The position numbers were made by a program, and so were the translations under genes. The notes below the pieces were generated by a model. That model was not told the DNA's origin. It saw only the letters and a list, made by a program, of their open reading frames with translations, and searched no databases. A stretch of 64,000 nt of DNA from the NCBI GenBank assembly GCA_033977065.1, contig JAXCHI010000002.1, positions 207,233 to 271,232 on the forward strand. The letters are read 5' to 3'. This DNA is from Candidatus Algichlamydia australiensis (GTDB lineage: Bacteria; Chlamydiota; Chlamydiia; Chlamydiales; JAJFMI01). Shown one piece after another: positions 1 to 10,153 of this stretch; the stretch's first letter is position 1; the number at the start of each line of letters is the position of its first letter.

Positions 1-288
1 AGCAAAATCGCAATTTTCTTCGCCAATTACAATGCTAGTCGGATGATTTAGGAGGCCAACCGACGTCCTCCGCATGCCAAAAAATAGGTAAGCTACCAAG
101 TCGAAACCTGTTCACCCCCATCTGTAATTATACCAGAAAAAACCTGTACAAGCAAACTAGCAACTGGTTAACAATCAGTAAGTTAGACTGGTGTTAGTTG
201 GTGCTTTCACGGTTTTTCTGAAATTAGTGTAGGTTTTTGGGCTTTTTTTGGGTAGGACAAAAGCCTAATTTTTAGTAAGATAAGGGCT

Positions 289-3200
289 ATGTTTACGACC
301 GAAAAAGAGAGTTTCTCAAGCCGCGAAGAGCGCATTCTTAACTTGTGGAAAGAAAAAGATATTTTTAAAAAGTCAGTGGAGAACCGGAAGGGTTCAAAAC
401 TATTTTCCTCCTATGATGGCCCCCCGTTTGCCACGGGGTTGCCCCACTATGGCCATATTTTAGCGGGTACGATTAAAGATGTTGTTTTGCGCTACAAGAC
501 GATGCAAGGGTTTTATTTGCCAAGGCGTTTTGGTTGGGACTGTCACGGTTTGCCGGTGGAAAATGAGATTGAGAAGGCGAAGAATTTGGGTGGAGCGCCC
601 TCAATTGAAAAATTTGGGATTGGCAATTTCAATGAGGAGTGTCGCAGCATTGTTTTCCGCTTTGTTGAGGAGTGGAAGAAGACGGTTGATCGGATGGGGC
701 GCTGGGTCGATTTTGATCAGACGTATAAGACGATGGATCCGACCTATATGGAGTCGGTCTGGTGGGTCTTTTCTGAACTTTGGAAAAAGGGTTTGGTCTA
801 TGAGGGGTTTAAGGTGATGCCCTTTTCAGCAAAATTGGGAACCCCACTTTCTAATTTTGAAGCGAATTTAAACTACCGCGATGTAGATGATCCTTCGTTG
901 ACGGTTGCGATGCCTCTGAAAGAGGATGAGAATACGAGCTTATTGATCTGGACAACGACCCCTTGGACGCTGATTTCAAACTTGGCCGTGATTGCCAATC
1001 CAAAGATGCGTTATGTCAAGGTAGAGAAAGAGGGGCGTTTCTATATCTTGGCTAAGAGTCGTTTGGAGCACTATTTTGAGGGGGCAAAGGCTGTAGAAGA
1101 GTTTTCTGGAGAAGACCTTGCTGAAAAAGAGTATTTACCGCCATTTGAATATTTTTCTGATCGTGCTGGGTTTCGCGTTCTGCTGGATGAATTTGTGGGC
1201 GAGGAAGATGGCACAGGTCTTGTGCATGCTGCGCCTGCGTTTGGAGAGATGGACTTTTTTGTCTGCAAGCGTGAGGGGATTGAACCAGTCTGTCCGATTG
1301 ATCAGAATGGAAAGTTTACAAGTGAGATTCCTGAGCATGAGGGCCAGTTTGTCAAAGAGGCAGATAAAGCGATTATCAAACGTTTGAAAGAGGCGGGTAG
1401 GGTTTTTGATCATGGGACGATTCGTCACAGATACCCGTTCTGTTGGCGCTCTGATAGTCCTCTGATCTATCGCGCAGTGAGCACTTGGTTTGTCTCGGTG
1501 GAAAAAATTAAGGAGCAGTTGATCACGGCAAATGAAAAAATTCATTGGGTGCCGGGGCATTTGCAAAAGGGACGTTTTGGGAAGTGGCTTGAAAATGCGC
1601 GCGACTGGGCGATCTCTCGCAATCGCTATTGGGGTACACCGATCCCAATTTGGCGTGCAGAGGATGGAGAGTGCATTGCAATTGGGTCGAAAGAGGAGCT
1701 TGAGAAGCGTACAGGAAAGAAAATTGAAGATTTTCATCGCCACTTTATTGATGATCTGACGTTTGAAGAAAATGGCAAGACGTTTTCGCGAGTGTCGGAA
1801 GTTTTCGATTGCTGGTTTGAATCGGGATCGATGCCCTATGCGCAAAACCACTATCCCTTTGAAAATAAAGAGTTGGTTGAGGAGGGCTTCCCAGCTGAAT
1901 TTATTGCGGAGGGGCTTGATCAGACTCGCGGCTGGTTTTACACGCTCAATGTACTCTCTGTAGCGCTTTTTAACAGGCCCGCTTTCAAAAATGTGATTGT
2001 CAATGGGATCTTGCTTGCCGAAGATGGCAACAAGATGTCCAAGAGCCTGAAGAACTATCCGGAGCCGGAAATTGTTTTTGAAAAATTTGGTGCCGATGCA
2101 GTAAGGCTTTATCTACTCAATAGCCCCGCAACGCATGGCGATGACTTGCGCTTTTGTGAAAAAGGCGTTGAGCAAGTGGTGCGAGGGATGCTTTTGCCTC
2201 TTTGGAATAGCTACTTTTTCCTTGCGACGTATGCAAAAATTTATGGCTGGCAGCCAGGCGCAGATCTTGAAAAGCCGGAGGCGGTCATTGATCGCTGGAT
2301 TCTCTCTAAGCTGCAGACTTTGATCTCTGATGTGCAGAAAAGTATGGATGAGTACCAATTAAGCGATGCGGTTCCTCCATTTTTGCGATTCATTGATCAG
2401 GTGACTAATTGGTACATTCGCCGCTGTCGTCCGCGTTTTTGGGCGGATGAAGATTCATCTGATCGCCGAGAAGCGTTCCAAACACTCTATCAAGTTTTGC
2501 AGAGTTTAGTCCGCATTGCGGCGCCGTTCATTCCTTTTATCAGTGAGGCGATCTACCAAGGTTTGCGCAGAGAAAAGGATCCAGAGTCTGTTCACCTTAC
2601 AGATTTTCCAAAAATGAATCCTAATATGCAGGATGAAAATCTTGAAAAAGAGATGGCTCTTGCGCAGACAGCTGTGAGTCTGGGGCATGCTCTTCGCAAA
2701 GAGGAGCGTATGAAAGTGCGCCAGCCTCTACCAAAAGTCTTTTTAATTTCGTCCGACAAGCAAGTCTTGACTGCCTTAAAAAGCAGCGAAAATTTGATCC
2801 TAGATGAGCTCAATGTTAAGGAAGTTGTCTACTCTGAAAATGAGAAAGAGTTTGTGGAAATCAAAGTGAAACCCAATTTCGCAGAGTTGAAAAAGCGAGC
2901 AGGTGCCAAAATGGGCCCAATTTGTAAAGCGGTTGGCTCGCTTTCAACAGAACAGGTTAACACCCTTCTTAATGGAAAATCTGTTGAGATCGAGGAAAAT
3001 TTTGCTCTGACGGAAAAAGATCTTTTGATTGAGCGCAAAGTAAAGCAAGGTCTTGTCGCAAGTTGCGAAGGCGCACTAACTGTTGCTCTAGACTTGACCC
3101 TAAGTGAAGAGCTTAAACTTGAAGGTTTGGCCCGAGAAATTGTCAACAAGCTGAATACGATGCGTCGTGAAGCGAATCTTGAGGTTACAGATCGCATTGA

Positions 3201-3366
3201 GGTCCAGATAGAGGGTTCTGATCGCGTGAGCCAAGCGTATGAGCTGCATAAAGATTACATTTGTGGAGAAGCACTCGTAACAAAGTTAGAGATGGTTTCG
3301 AACACAGGTCAGGAGTGGGATTTGAATGGAGAAATGGCTAAAATAGCTATAAAAATAACTGCTTAG
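289..3366 (+). CDS. ileS: isoleucyl-tRNA synthetase (type 2, eukaryote-like form)
   Basis: 1025-aa ORF. Class I aaRS HIGH-type motif (PHYGHILAG) and KMSKS motif (NKMSKSL). Length and C-terminal architecture match the type-2 IleRS typical of Chlamydiae. Confidence 0.95.
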   Translation: MFTTEKESFSSREERILNLWKEKDIFKKSVENRKGSKLFSSYDGPPFATGLPHYGHILAGTIKDVVLRYKTMQGFYLPRRFGWDCHGLPVENEIEKAKNLGGAPSIEKFGIGNFNEECRSIVFRFVEEWKKTVDRMGRWVDFDQTYKTMDPTYMESVWWVFSELWKKGLVYEGFKVMPFSAKLGTPLSNFEANLNYRDVDDPSLTVAMPLKEDENTSLLIWTTTPWTLISNLAVIANPKMRYVKVEKEGRFYILAKSRLEHYFEGAKAVEEFSGEDLAEKEYLPPFEYFSDRAGFRVLLDEFVGEEDGTGLVHAAPAFGEMDFFVCKREGIEPVCPIDQNGKFTSEIPEHEGQFVKEADKAIIKRLKEAGRVFDHGTIRHRYPFCWRSDSPLIYRAVSTWFVSVEKIKEQLITANEKIHWVPGHLQKGRFGKWLENARDWAISRNRYWGTPIPIWRAEDGECIAIGSKEELEKRTGKKIEDFHRHFIDDLTFEENGKTFSRVSEVFDCWFESGSMPYAQNHYPFENKELVEEGFPAEFIAEGLDQTRGWFYTLNVLSVALFNRPAFKNVIVNGILLAEDGNKMSKSLKNYPEPEIVFEKFGADAVRLYLLNSPATHGDDLRFCEKGVEQVVRGMLLPLWNSYFFLATYAKIYGWQPGADLEKPEAVIDRWILSKLQTLISDVQKSMDEYQLSDAVPPFLRFIDQVTNWYIRRCRPRFWADEDSSDRREAFQTLYQVLQSLVRIAAPFIPFISEAIYQGLRREKDPESVHLTDFPKMNPNMQDENLEKEMALAQTAVSLGHALRKEERMKVRQPLPKVFLISSDKQVLTALKSSENLILDELNVKEVVYSENEKEFVEIKVKPNFAELKKRAGAKMGPICKAVGSLSTEQVNTLLNGKSVEIEENFALTEKDLLIERKVKQGLVASCEGALTVALDLTLSEELKLEGLAREIVNKLNTMRREANLEVTDRIEVQIEGSDRVSQAYELHKDYICGEALVTKLEMVSNTGQEWDLNGEMAKIAIKITA

Positions 3367-3374
3367 TTATTTTT

Positions 3375-3568
3375 CGTCTCCTTCTCGCTGCGCCAAATCG
3401 AATCTCAGCCGTCGTGCCGTACGCAGTACTGCCACGCCGTCAGATATCCAATTTTGCTTTGCGATAAGAACCCGCTGTAGCCGCTTCGCGCAGTGCGAGT
3501 TTTTTTTGCAGTCGCTTCGCGTATCAATAAATCTACTTCAAACTAAGAACCTGCTGTAGCCACTTCGC
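3375..3568. repeat. intergenic repeat cluster: degenerate GCCAAAT-CG module plus a 25-bp direct repeat
   Basis: ctcgctgcgccaaatcgaa...ttgctttgcga resembles, by eye, the 32.15-kb element (ctcgcttcgccaaatgcgaa...ttggctttgcga). taagaacccgctgtagccgcttcgc (3465-3489) is repeated as taagaacctgctgtagccacttcgc (3544-3568), 23/25 identical. Confidence 0.5.
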
Positions 3569-3613
3569 TCGGTATGAGCTTATTACGATTGTTTTGCTCT
3601 TTTGTAGTTGCCT

Positions 3614-3661
3614 CCTTGATTTTTGACCAAATAAAAAAATATTTACCTTGATTTTTGACCA
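3614..3661. repeat. 16-bp perfect direct repeat ccttgatttttgacca, two copies
   Basis: Copies at 3614-3629 and 3646-3661. Related atttacctt(g) words recur at about 3641, 3675 and 3768. Confidence 0.6.
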
Positions 3662-3882
3662 TGAAGGTATTGATTTAACCTTGAAATACAACCATGGGTA
3701 GTCATGTGAAGCGTTTAGTTGTTTGGATTTCGTAAAATTAAATTTTAGGATTACAAAAAAAAGTAAAATTTACCTTTGAAAAGGGCCTCGACTCAAAACG
3801 AGTTGTTAAAGAGTTATCCTTTGCAATGAGAGAAAAAATTACTCCAACTGAAACTCTCTTTGTTTTTGATGAAGTAGTGACT

Positions 3883-5715
3883 TTACTCGATCTCTTGCGG
3901 GAGTCTGTGACGCTTGCGTTGGTAGTAGTTCCAAAGAAATATGAGGATGGCGGCTATAATCCAGATGATAAAGTGAGGGAGTGTTAGCCACGGGTAGGGC
4001 GGCTGAACTGGCTGACCAAAGCGCGAGCCTGGTGGCCAGAAGATAAAGTCGGGTGAGCCGCGAAGGTTTCCTTGCGGGACAAATCCAAAGACGCGACTAT
4101 CGCCGCTCATGGCGTAGTTATCACCAAGGGCGAGGTAGTGTTTTTCTGGGATTTTTAGCCCGTATGTTTGTAGAAAGTCGCAATCGATTTCTCCTTCTGG
4201 AGTAATTGGGGGGCCATGATCGATAAAGGGGAGGTAAGGTGCTGGCTTTGCTTTCTCTTCCTCAACAAATTGTATAAGGTTTTTTTCATCTTTGTCGATA
4301 ACTTTAGCTCCCATAACGTAGAGATCTCCATTGCGAAACCAGGCGAATCGCGAAGGGCGCAGGTGTTGGCACTCTTGGTTTGAGCCAAAGCGTGTATCAA
4401 ATTCAATCCCAAGATTAAAGAGTGCTTGTAGCTGTTTGTTATTGGGGTGATTTAGGGGGTAATCTTCAGGAAGTTTTTTTGAAATTCCCTGCCATTGGAT
4501 CTTGTAAGCTCTACCTTCACGGATTTCAAAGGTGCCATTTTCAATTCCTCGTAGTGGAACGACATAGTAGGGGATTGACTGATCTTTCGGAATGTGTGTC
4601 CCATACCTGTAGGCGTAGCCATCTCGAACTGTAAAGCGCGCGGTATAGAGGCCGCGATGGAGATGGGTCAGCTGTTGCTGAGTGAGGGGAATGATGGAGC
4701 TCTCCGTTTTTAATGCGGGTCTTCTTCGACCATAAATATCTAGTTCGAGGCTGGCTTCTTTAAGAGAGGGATCGTGTGTAAGCTCAAGATAGAGAGCCGC
4801 ACCTTTTGTAAGCTCATGATCGGTCCACGCTTCTACTTCTTCTGTTGTCAGAAGCTTGGCCATAGCGTAGTTGCGCATGCCCCAAAGCTGTCCGTAATCC
4901 TCGACACCTGGTACAAGCATTTTTCCACAGATATCTCCTCTTCCTATCTGTGTAAGTTTAGCAACAGGTTGATTCATTTGATAGAAGATTGCAGGAGAGT
5001 AGATACCTCCACGGGGGCGGTCTGGTGTGACGGTTTTGCCTCCAAATTGGAGAAAAGGGACATGGTCAACGTAGGGGAGCTCCGGATATTGCAACTCATG
5101 TGTGATGTCATTTCCATTGCAATCTACTCCGTATAGCTTTCCTCCATAAAAATAGACGGTATCTCCAGGTTTTCCCATGAGTCGTTTAACGAGTTGTTTT
5201 TTACCTGGAAAGATATAAAAATAGCGCATCTCGCTATCAGGAATATCCATGTTTGCTGTCGTAAAGGTGAAAATACCAGAGCGCTGAACAAGGTCAGGAT
5301 CAAAATAGAGGTGAGTCGGTTTGAGGGGGGTATTGATTCCAAATGTAGTTTTGCTAACAGAGAGGCGATCTTTTTCTTGTAGGGTTGGACGCATAGAGCC
5401 CGTTGGGATTTCATAGAGTTCAAACCAGACTTGACGGATCAAGATTGCGGCGATAAGAGCAAATCCTAAACCTACTATGGAGCGAAGATGATCATAAAAA
5501 TCTTTTTTGAGATAGGTCTTTGAAAACTCTGCAAGCATGTTAGTCGCTTGCGTTGCTTCGTCCCGATCGTGTTCGATAATCGCTTTTTGAGCGGTTTTAA
5601 GCTCTCGACAAATTGTATCGCGCTCTTCGCTGTTTAGCTGTTCTCTTTTACGTCTGTATTTTTTTAGAGTAGCAAAGAATATCTTCTTGCACTTGCGTAG
5701 GGATCTAAATCTCAT
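3883..5715 (-). CDS. lepB: signal peptidase I (long chlamydial-type)
   Basis: 610-aa ORF. Catalytic Ser box IPTGSMRPTL, box E GDNYAMSGDSRVFGFVP, and N- and C-terminal TM segments. Confidence 0.9.
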   Translation of the reverse strand: MRFRSLRKCKKIFFATLKKYRRKREQLNSEERDTICRELKTAQKAIIEHDRDEATQATNMLAEFSKTYLKKDFYDHLRSIVGLGFALIAAILIRQVWFELYEIPTGSMRPTLQEKDRLSVSKTTFGINTPLKPTHLYFDPDLVQRSGIFTFTTANMDIPDSEMRYFYIFPGKKQLVKRLMGKPGDTVYFYGGKLYGVDCNGNDITHELQYPELPYVDHVPFLQFGGKTVTPDRPRGGIYSPAIFYQMNQPVAKLTQIGRGDICGKMLVPGVEDYGQLWGMRNYAMAKLLTTEEVEAWTDHELTKGAALYLELTHDPSLKEASLELDIYGRRRPALKTESSIIPLTQQQLTHLHRGLYTARFTVRDGYAYRYGTHIPKDQSIPYYVVPLRGIENGTFEIREGRAYKIQWQGISKKLPEDYPLNHPNNKQLQALFNLGIEFDTRFGSNQECQHLRPSRFAWFRNGDLYVMGAKVIDKDEKNLIQFVEEEKAKPAPYLPFIDHGPPITPEGEIDCDFLQTYGLKIPEKHYLALGDNYAMSGDSRVFGFVPQGNLRGSPDFIFWPPGSRFGQPVQPPYPWLTLPHFIIWIIAAILIFLWNYYQRKRHRLPQEIE

Positions 5716-5919
5716 GGCTGCATGTTAGAGTCTTATAAAGGTGTTGTCAAGTGCTTATGGACATACTGAATAATTTAGACTTTTCGATAAGGGACCAAAA
5801 ATTGGTCCAAATCGGTTTTTCTAACTCACTAACTCTTATGGAGTTAGCTTCGTTCTCCAAAACCAATTTGTTCTCATTTTTTCATCTTTTCTCGAAAAGA
5901 GCAGTTATTCAGATGTTTT

Positions 5920-6573
5920 TTACGCGTCTCCGCTATCTATAAGGCGAATTTTAAATGTGGCAGCACTGTTTGAGATTTCCATCCAGCAAGGGAAAGGAGA
6001 TCCTTCATGAAAGTAGAGTTCCAAGTTTTTTCCTGCAAGCTCTGTTCCATCATCAGGCCAGTGCGCTTTGTAGACTTTCGTAGCTATTTTTGTCAGTTTT
6101 TTTCCATTTTGAAAGAGGGGTGGATTCCAAATTTTACGCATATCTAGACCCTCTTGAGGAGGGGCTCCGATGCGTTTTCGATCTTTTTCTCGCACAGCTT
6201 TTAAGGGAAGAGCAATCAAATCAGTAAAGAGTTGCTGCGCTGATGAATTTAAGGAGACCTCTCTTTGAGGAGAGTAAGCATTTGTACAGACTCCTCTTGC
6301 CAAGTCTATTTCGTAGAGTAGGTGCGAGGTAGCTCCTGGGGTCCCGTCGCGATACCAGCTGCGCCAATTTATTTTTTTTGCTTTATGACTAGGAATGCTG
6401 ATCTCTTCTAAAACTACACGCTTATCGGTAAGAGATTGAATACGCATGAAAGTGACCAACTTGCTCTGCTCTGTGACGATGTATTGGCCCTCATGCGCAA
6501 AACGAAGGCGTTCCTTAATCGTCATAGAAAAAAGAGGTATAGCCAAGAATAGGGGAAGGATGAGGCGTAGCAT
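5920..6573 (-). CDS. hypothetical exported protein
   Basis: 217-aa ORF with N-terminal signal-like segment MLRLILPLFLAIPLFS. Tightly packed between the CDF transporter gene and lepB. No motif recognised. Confidence 0.5.
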   Translation of the reverse strand: MLRLILPLFLAIPLFSMTIKERLRFAHEGQYIVTEQSKLVTFMRIQSLTDKRVVLEEISIPSHKAKKINWRSWYRDGTPGATSHLLYEIDLARGVCTNAYSPQREVSLNSSAQQLFTDLIALPLKAVREKDRKRIGAPPQEGLDMRKIWNPPLFQNGKKLTKIATKVYKAHWPDDGTELAGKNLELYFHEGSPFPCWMEISNSAATFKIRLIDSGDA

Positions 6574-6582
6574 GGCCCGATT

Positions 6583-7461
6583 TTACTCGATTGTTTCTAA
6601 AAGGTCTACTTCCAACGTGGCGTGGTATATATTATATTTTTCTTTTAACATCGCGTGTGCTCGTTTTAAGGTGGCACTGATCTCATCTGCACGAAGGTGA
6701 CATGAGAGGGCATTTTGTCCTTCTGCTACGGTCCAAATGTGAAGATCAAAAACAGCACGTACCCCAGGAAGTTTAAGTAAATTTTTTTCTACTTCGTCTG
6801 GATTTATATCTTGCGGAGCTCCTTCCATCAAAATAGTAGTGGTTTTTTTGATGATTTTGGCAGATGTAAAGAGGATTATAAGAGCAAAAAGAGTAGAGAT
6901 GATAGGGTCAACGATAGAGTAGTGTGTCCATAGAATAATGAGTCCAGATGCAATGACTCCGATGCTGCCAAGAAGATCCCCTATGACATGTAAAAAAGCA
7001 GCTTTTACATTGAGATTTCCTTCTTGATGCGTGTGAAGAACCTTCATCATGACGATGTTTGCAATTAAGCCGATAGTTGCAACGATAAATACGATAAGGC
7101 CTTTGACCTCTTCTGGATGGATCATGCGTGTAATGGCTTCGTAGATGATAATAAGGCAGAGTGCCCAGAGTATTACGCTGCTTGCTAGAGCTCCTAATAT
7201 TTCGGCGCGTCGATAGCCAAAGCTCATTTTTGATGTTTTAGGACGCATCCCAATTTTTATTGCAACAATGCTTAGAAGAAAGGCTCCTACGTCTGTGAAC
7301 ATATGAAGTGCGTCGGCGATTAGAGCAAGAGAATTTGCAAGATAGCCAAAGAGAAATTCAACAGCCATAAAGATGACAGCTATTAAAAGAGCAATTTTAA
7401 GAGCGTGGGTCTGCTTTTTTCCTTTTTCTTCAAAATTATGTAACTCAAAGTGACAAATCAT
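6583..7461 (-). CDS. cation diffusion facilitator (Zn/Co/Cd efflux, CzcD/ZitB-like)
   Basis: 292-aa ORF with six hydrophobic segments. CDF signature region NSLALIADALHMFTD and HVIGDLLGS, plus a C-terminal cytoplasmic domain. Confidence 0.85.
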   Translation of the reverse strand: MICHFELHNFEEKGKKQTHALKIALLIAVIFMAVEFLFGYLANSLALIADALHMFTDVGAFLLSIVAIKIGMRPKTSKMSFGYRRAEILGALASSVILWALCLIIIYEAITRMIHPEEVKGLIVFIVATIGLIANIVMMKVLHTHQEGNLNVKAAFLHVIGDLLGSIGVIASGLIILWTHYSIVDPIISTLFALIILFTSAKIIKKTTTILMEGAPQDINPDEVEKNLLKLPGVRAVFDLHIWTVAEGQNALSCHLRADEISATLKRAHAMLKEKYNIYHATLEVDLLETIE

Positions 7462-7498
7462 AATTTTGTGTTATATATTATTTTCTGGGGTGTTTACA

Positions 7499-7849
7499 AT
7501 GAAAAAAATATTATTTAGTTTGAGTCTTCTTTTAATAATGCCAGGGTGTGCGCAAGGTTCAAGCAGTAGCCCTTCGAGTGAAGTAACACGTGAAAATTGG
7601 CAGGAAAAGATCTCAATTCTTGACCAAAGCATCACGCGCAAGAAAAATTTAAGTGATCTCTATCGCGCTAAAGCAACGCGTGCAAAAAATCAGGGAGATC
7701 GCCTGCAGTTTAATCCCAATAATGTTGGGGATGCAAGACGGTACTGGAATGTTGCAGACTATTATAACGAACAAGCAGATCTTCTTGATCAGCAGGTTGT
7801 AGTTTTGCAGCAGGAGCGTCAACGCATTTTGGAAAAATATGGAGAGTAA
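7499..7849 (+). CDS. putative lipoprotein, function unknown
   Basis: Start moved to the internal ATG giving MKKILFSLSLLLIMPGC (lipobox-like PGC). Coiled-coil-like remainder. Confidence 0.45.
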   Translation: MKKILFSLSLLLIMPGCAQGSSSSPSSEVTRENWQEKISILDQSITRKKNLSDLYRAKATRAKNQGDRLQFNPNNVGDARRYWNVADYYNEQADLLDQQVVVLQQERQRILEKYGE

Positions 7850-7941
7850 GTTTTTTCTGGCCATGTGGTGTAGGATCTGTTACCATATTCCTGGAAACGC
7901 TGAAAAAAATCCTCATACATAATATAACTTAAGAATACCTT

Positions 7942-9456
7942 ATGGTGCACAATTTCTTGAACGTTCTTGCAAATAGTAGCTCTTGTTTTCCTGCTAACCT
8001 TGATGTAGGAAATGCGGGCTTCTCTCTTCAAAGTCACTCGATTAGTCCTTTTCACATTACTTGTCTCGTTATTTTTGCCTTGGCGGTAATTCACACTCTT
8101 CTTGCAAATAAGATTTCGCAAGTTTCACAAAGGATTGCAGAGCGTCACCGCAAGCGCCGAGCTCGTCCTCCTGGCTTTGATCCAACTTTTCCAGAAAATG
8201 ATGAGAAGGATAAGAGCTTTGCTGCTGAAATTTTACACTTTCTCGGTGAAGTTGAAGTGATTTTTGGTATTTGGGTGATTCCCCTTCTCTTTGCTATCTC
8301 GTTCTTTTACGATTGGGGCACTGCAGTAGAATATATAGACTCACGCAGCTATGTAGAGCCTATATTTGTTGTTGTTGTGATGTGTCTTGCTGCAACACGT
8401 CCTATTGTAAAATTATCTGAGCGCATGCTCGCCTTTATCGCAAAATTGATGGGAGGATCCCTCGCTTCGTGGTGGTTTGTTATCCTTACAGTTGGACCTC
8501 TTCTAGGCTCTTTAATTACAGAAGCAGGGGCGATGACTCTTTCTGCTCTGCTTTTGGCAAATAAATTTTACCAACATGGGCCATCAAAGCGTTTTGCCTA
8601 CGCAACGATGGGCTTGCTCTTTGTCAACGTCTCTGTTGGAGGGATCCTCACAAATTTTGCTGCCCCTCCTGTACTGATTATTTCTAATTGTTGGGATTGG
8701 ACAACAAGCTATATGTTTACCTACTTTGGGTGGAAAGCTGTATCGGGAATTTTAGCAGGAAACACTCTCTACTTTTTCCTTTTTAGAAGAGAATTTCGCA
8801 TTCTTGAAAAGCGAAGTAAATCAGCAAAAATGAAGGGCAATGAAATAGAAGAGGCAAAGGCTCCTCTCTGGATTAGTTTAATTCATGTGCTTCTTCTCTT
8901 TTGGTGCGTATTTAACTCCCACTATCCTGCTGTATTTATCGGCACTTTTTTGCTCTTTTTGGGATTTCATCAAGCAACCTCACCCCACCAATATCCTTTG
9001 CACTTAAAGCGTCCCATCTTAGTGGGCTTTTTCTTGGGAGCACTTGTAATTCATGGTGGATTACAGGGGTGGTGGATTACGCCCTTGCTTGGTGGGTTAA
9101 AAGAGGGACCTTTGATGCTTGTTGGAACGGTTCTTACAGCGTTTAACGACAATGCAATGGTAACTTACCTCTCTAGTTTGATCCCGACGCTTACAGAGGG
9201 GATGAAGCAGGCGATTATGAGCGGTGTTGTTGTAGGTGGTGGTTTAACTGTTATTGCTAACGCACCCAACCCTGCTGGACAGATGTTATTGCGTAAATAT
9301 TTTAAAGATGGCGTCTCGCCCTTACGTCTTTTCATTGCTGCGCTAATTCCAACATTAATTCTCTTTGCCATTTTTTACTTTGGATTGAATCTCTCTGCAG
9401 ATTCTGCTTTGACTTTTGTAACAAAAAATTTTAGTCACTCATTTACCAGGTATTAA
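7942..9456 (+). CDS. polytopic membrane protein, possibly DUF1504 / Na+/H+ antiporter-like
   Basis: 504-aa ORF with at least 10 hydrophobic segments. The family call is from memory of DUF1504-type proteins and is weak. Confidence 0.55.
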   Translation: MVHNFLNVLANSSSCFPANLDVGNAGFSLQSHSISPFHITCLVIFALAVIHTLLANKISQVSQRIAERHRKRRARPPGFDPTFPENDEKDKSFAAEILHFLGEVEVIFGIWVIPLLFAISFFYDWGTAVEYIDSRSYVEPIFVVVVMCLAATRPIVKLSERMLAFIAKLMGGSLASWWFVILTVGPLLGSLITEAGAMTLSALLLANKFYQHGPSKRFAYATMGLLFVNVSVGGILTNFAAPPVLIISNCWDWTTSYMFTYFGWKAVSGILAGNTLYFFLFRREFRILEKRSKSAKMKGNEIEEAKAPLWISLIHVLLLFWCVFNSHYPAVFIGTFLLFLGFHQATSPHQYPLHLKRPILVGFFLGALVIHGGLQGWWITPLLGGLKEGPLMLVGTVLTAFNDNAMVTYLSSLIPTLTEGMKQAIMSGVVVGGGLTVIANAPNPAGQMLLRKYFKDGVSPLRLFIAALIPTLILFAIFYFGLNLSADSALTFVTKNFSHSFTRY

Positions 9457-9529
9457 AACGTGTCTTTAGTACCCTGTAATAGAGTACTGAAATTGCAAAT
9501 TTTCTCTTCAAGGGATACAATCAGTTCTT

Positions 9530-10153
9530 ATGCTGAGTGTGGAAAATCTTACTTTCAGTTTTTCTGGAAAGCAGTTACTAAACAACCTCTCTTTACAAGT
9601 CAAAAAGGGGGAGCGCATCGCTCTACTCGGCCCATCTGGAAGTGGAAAAACGACTCTTTTTAAATTAATTGCAGGTCTCTATCCTATTCAACAAGGAAAA
9701 ATTTTTATTGGGGGCAAATCCCTTGATGAGGGAAGAGATCAAATTAGTTATATGATGCAAGAAGATCTTTTACTCCCCTGGAGAACAGCAATGAAAAACG
9801 CGTTGCTGCCCTGCGAATTTGCAAAAAAAGATCAAAGAGAAGAGGCAGAGCAAATCTTTGCTCAAGTAGGTCTCACAGGTTATGAAGGGTACTATCCTCA
9901 TGAGCTTTCAGTAGGGATGCGTCAGCGAGTCGCCCTGATTCGTGCTCTGCTTTTGCGTCGCCCAATTTTAATTTTAGATGAGGCTTTTTCCTCTGTTGAT
10001 TACGATCGAAAAGAGGGATTAATGAAGCTTGTTGATGAGATGGTAGAGCGGTACCATTTAACTCTGCTTTTTATTACACACAATCCTGATGAAGCCAGAT
10101 ACTTGTCAAATAAGATATATCATTTAAAAGAAGGGGGGCTACATGCTAGCTAG
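9530..10153 (+). CDS. ABC transporter ATP-binding protein (NitT/TauT-type, ThiZ-like)
   Basis: Walker A GPSGSGKTTL, signature LSVGMRQRVAL, Walker B ILILDEAF. Overlaps the permease gene by 11 bp. Confidence 0.85.
   Translation: MLSVENLTFSFSGKQLLNNLSLQVKKGERIALLGPSGSGKTTLFKLIAGLYPIQQGKIFIGGKSLDEGRDQISYMMQEDLLLPWRTAMKNALLPCEFAKKDQREEAEQIFAQVGLTGYEGYYPHELSVGMRQRVALIRALLLRRPILILDEAFSSVDYDRKEGLMKLVDEMVERYHLTLLFITHNPDEARYLSNKIYHLKEGGLHAS

Noticed and set aside
1-72. Possible 3' end of a plus-strand gene (...SKIAIFFANYNASRMI stop at 49-51) followed by the hairpin ggagg-N11-cctcc.
   Set aside because: Only 16 codons are visible at the window edge, which is too little to call a gene or product.
479-3197. 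Numerous 60-240-aa ORFs in other frames or antisense within ileS (for example 1135-1851 minus, 2829-3197 minus).
   Set aside because: They lie wholly inside a gene with unambiguous IleRS motifs, have Arg/Ser/Leu-rich low-complexity translations, and have no SD or motifs. The same reasoning applies to the internal and antisense ORFs in lepB, tuf, rplA, rpoB, rpoC, the LRR gene, atpA and atpB.
3465-3661. Direct repeats that might suggest a CRISPR array.
   Set aside because: There are only two copies of each repeat, the copies of the 25-mer are imperfect, the spacing is irregular, and there are no cas genes in the window.
9457-9529. Possible TPP riboswitch ahead of the ThiXYZ-like transporter.
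   Set aside because: I could not find the conserved CUGAGA / ACCUGAUCUGGAUAAUGCCAGCG-type elements. The spacer is only 73 nt. A covariance-model scan is needed for certainty.
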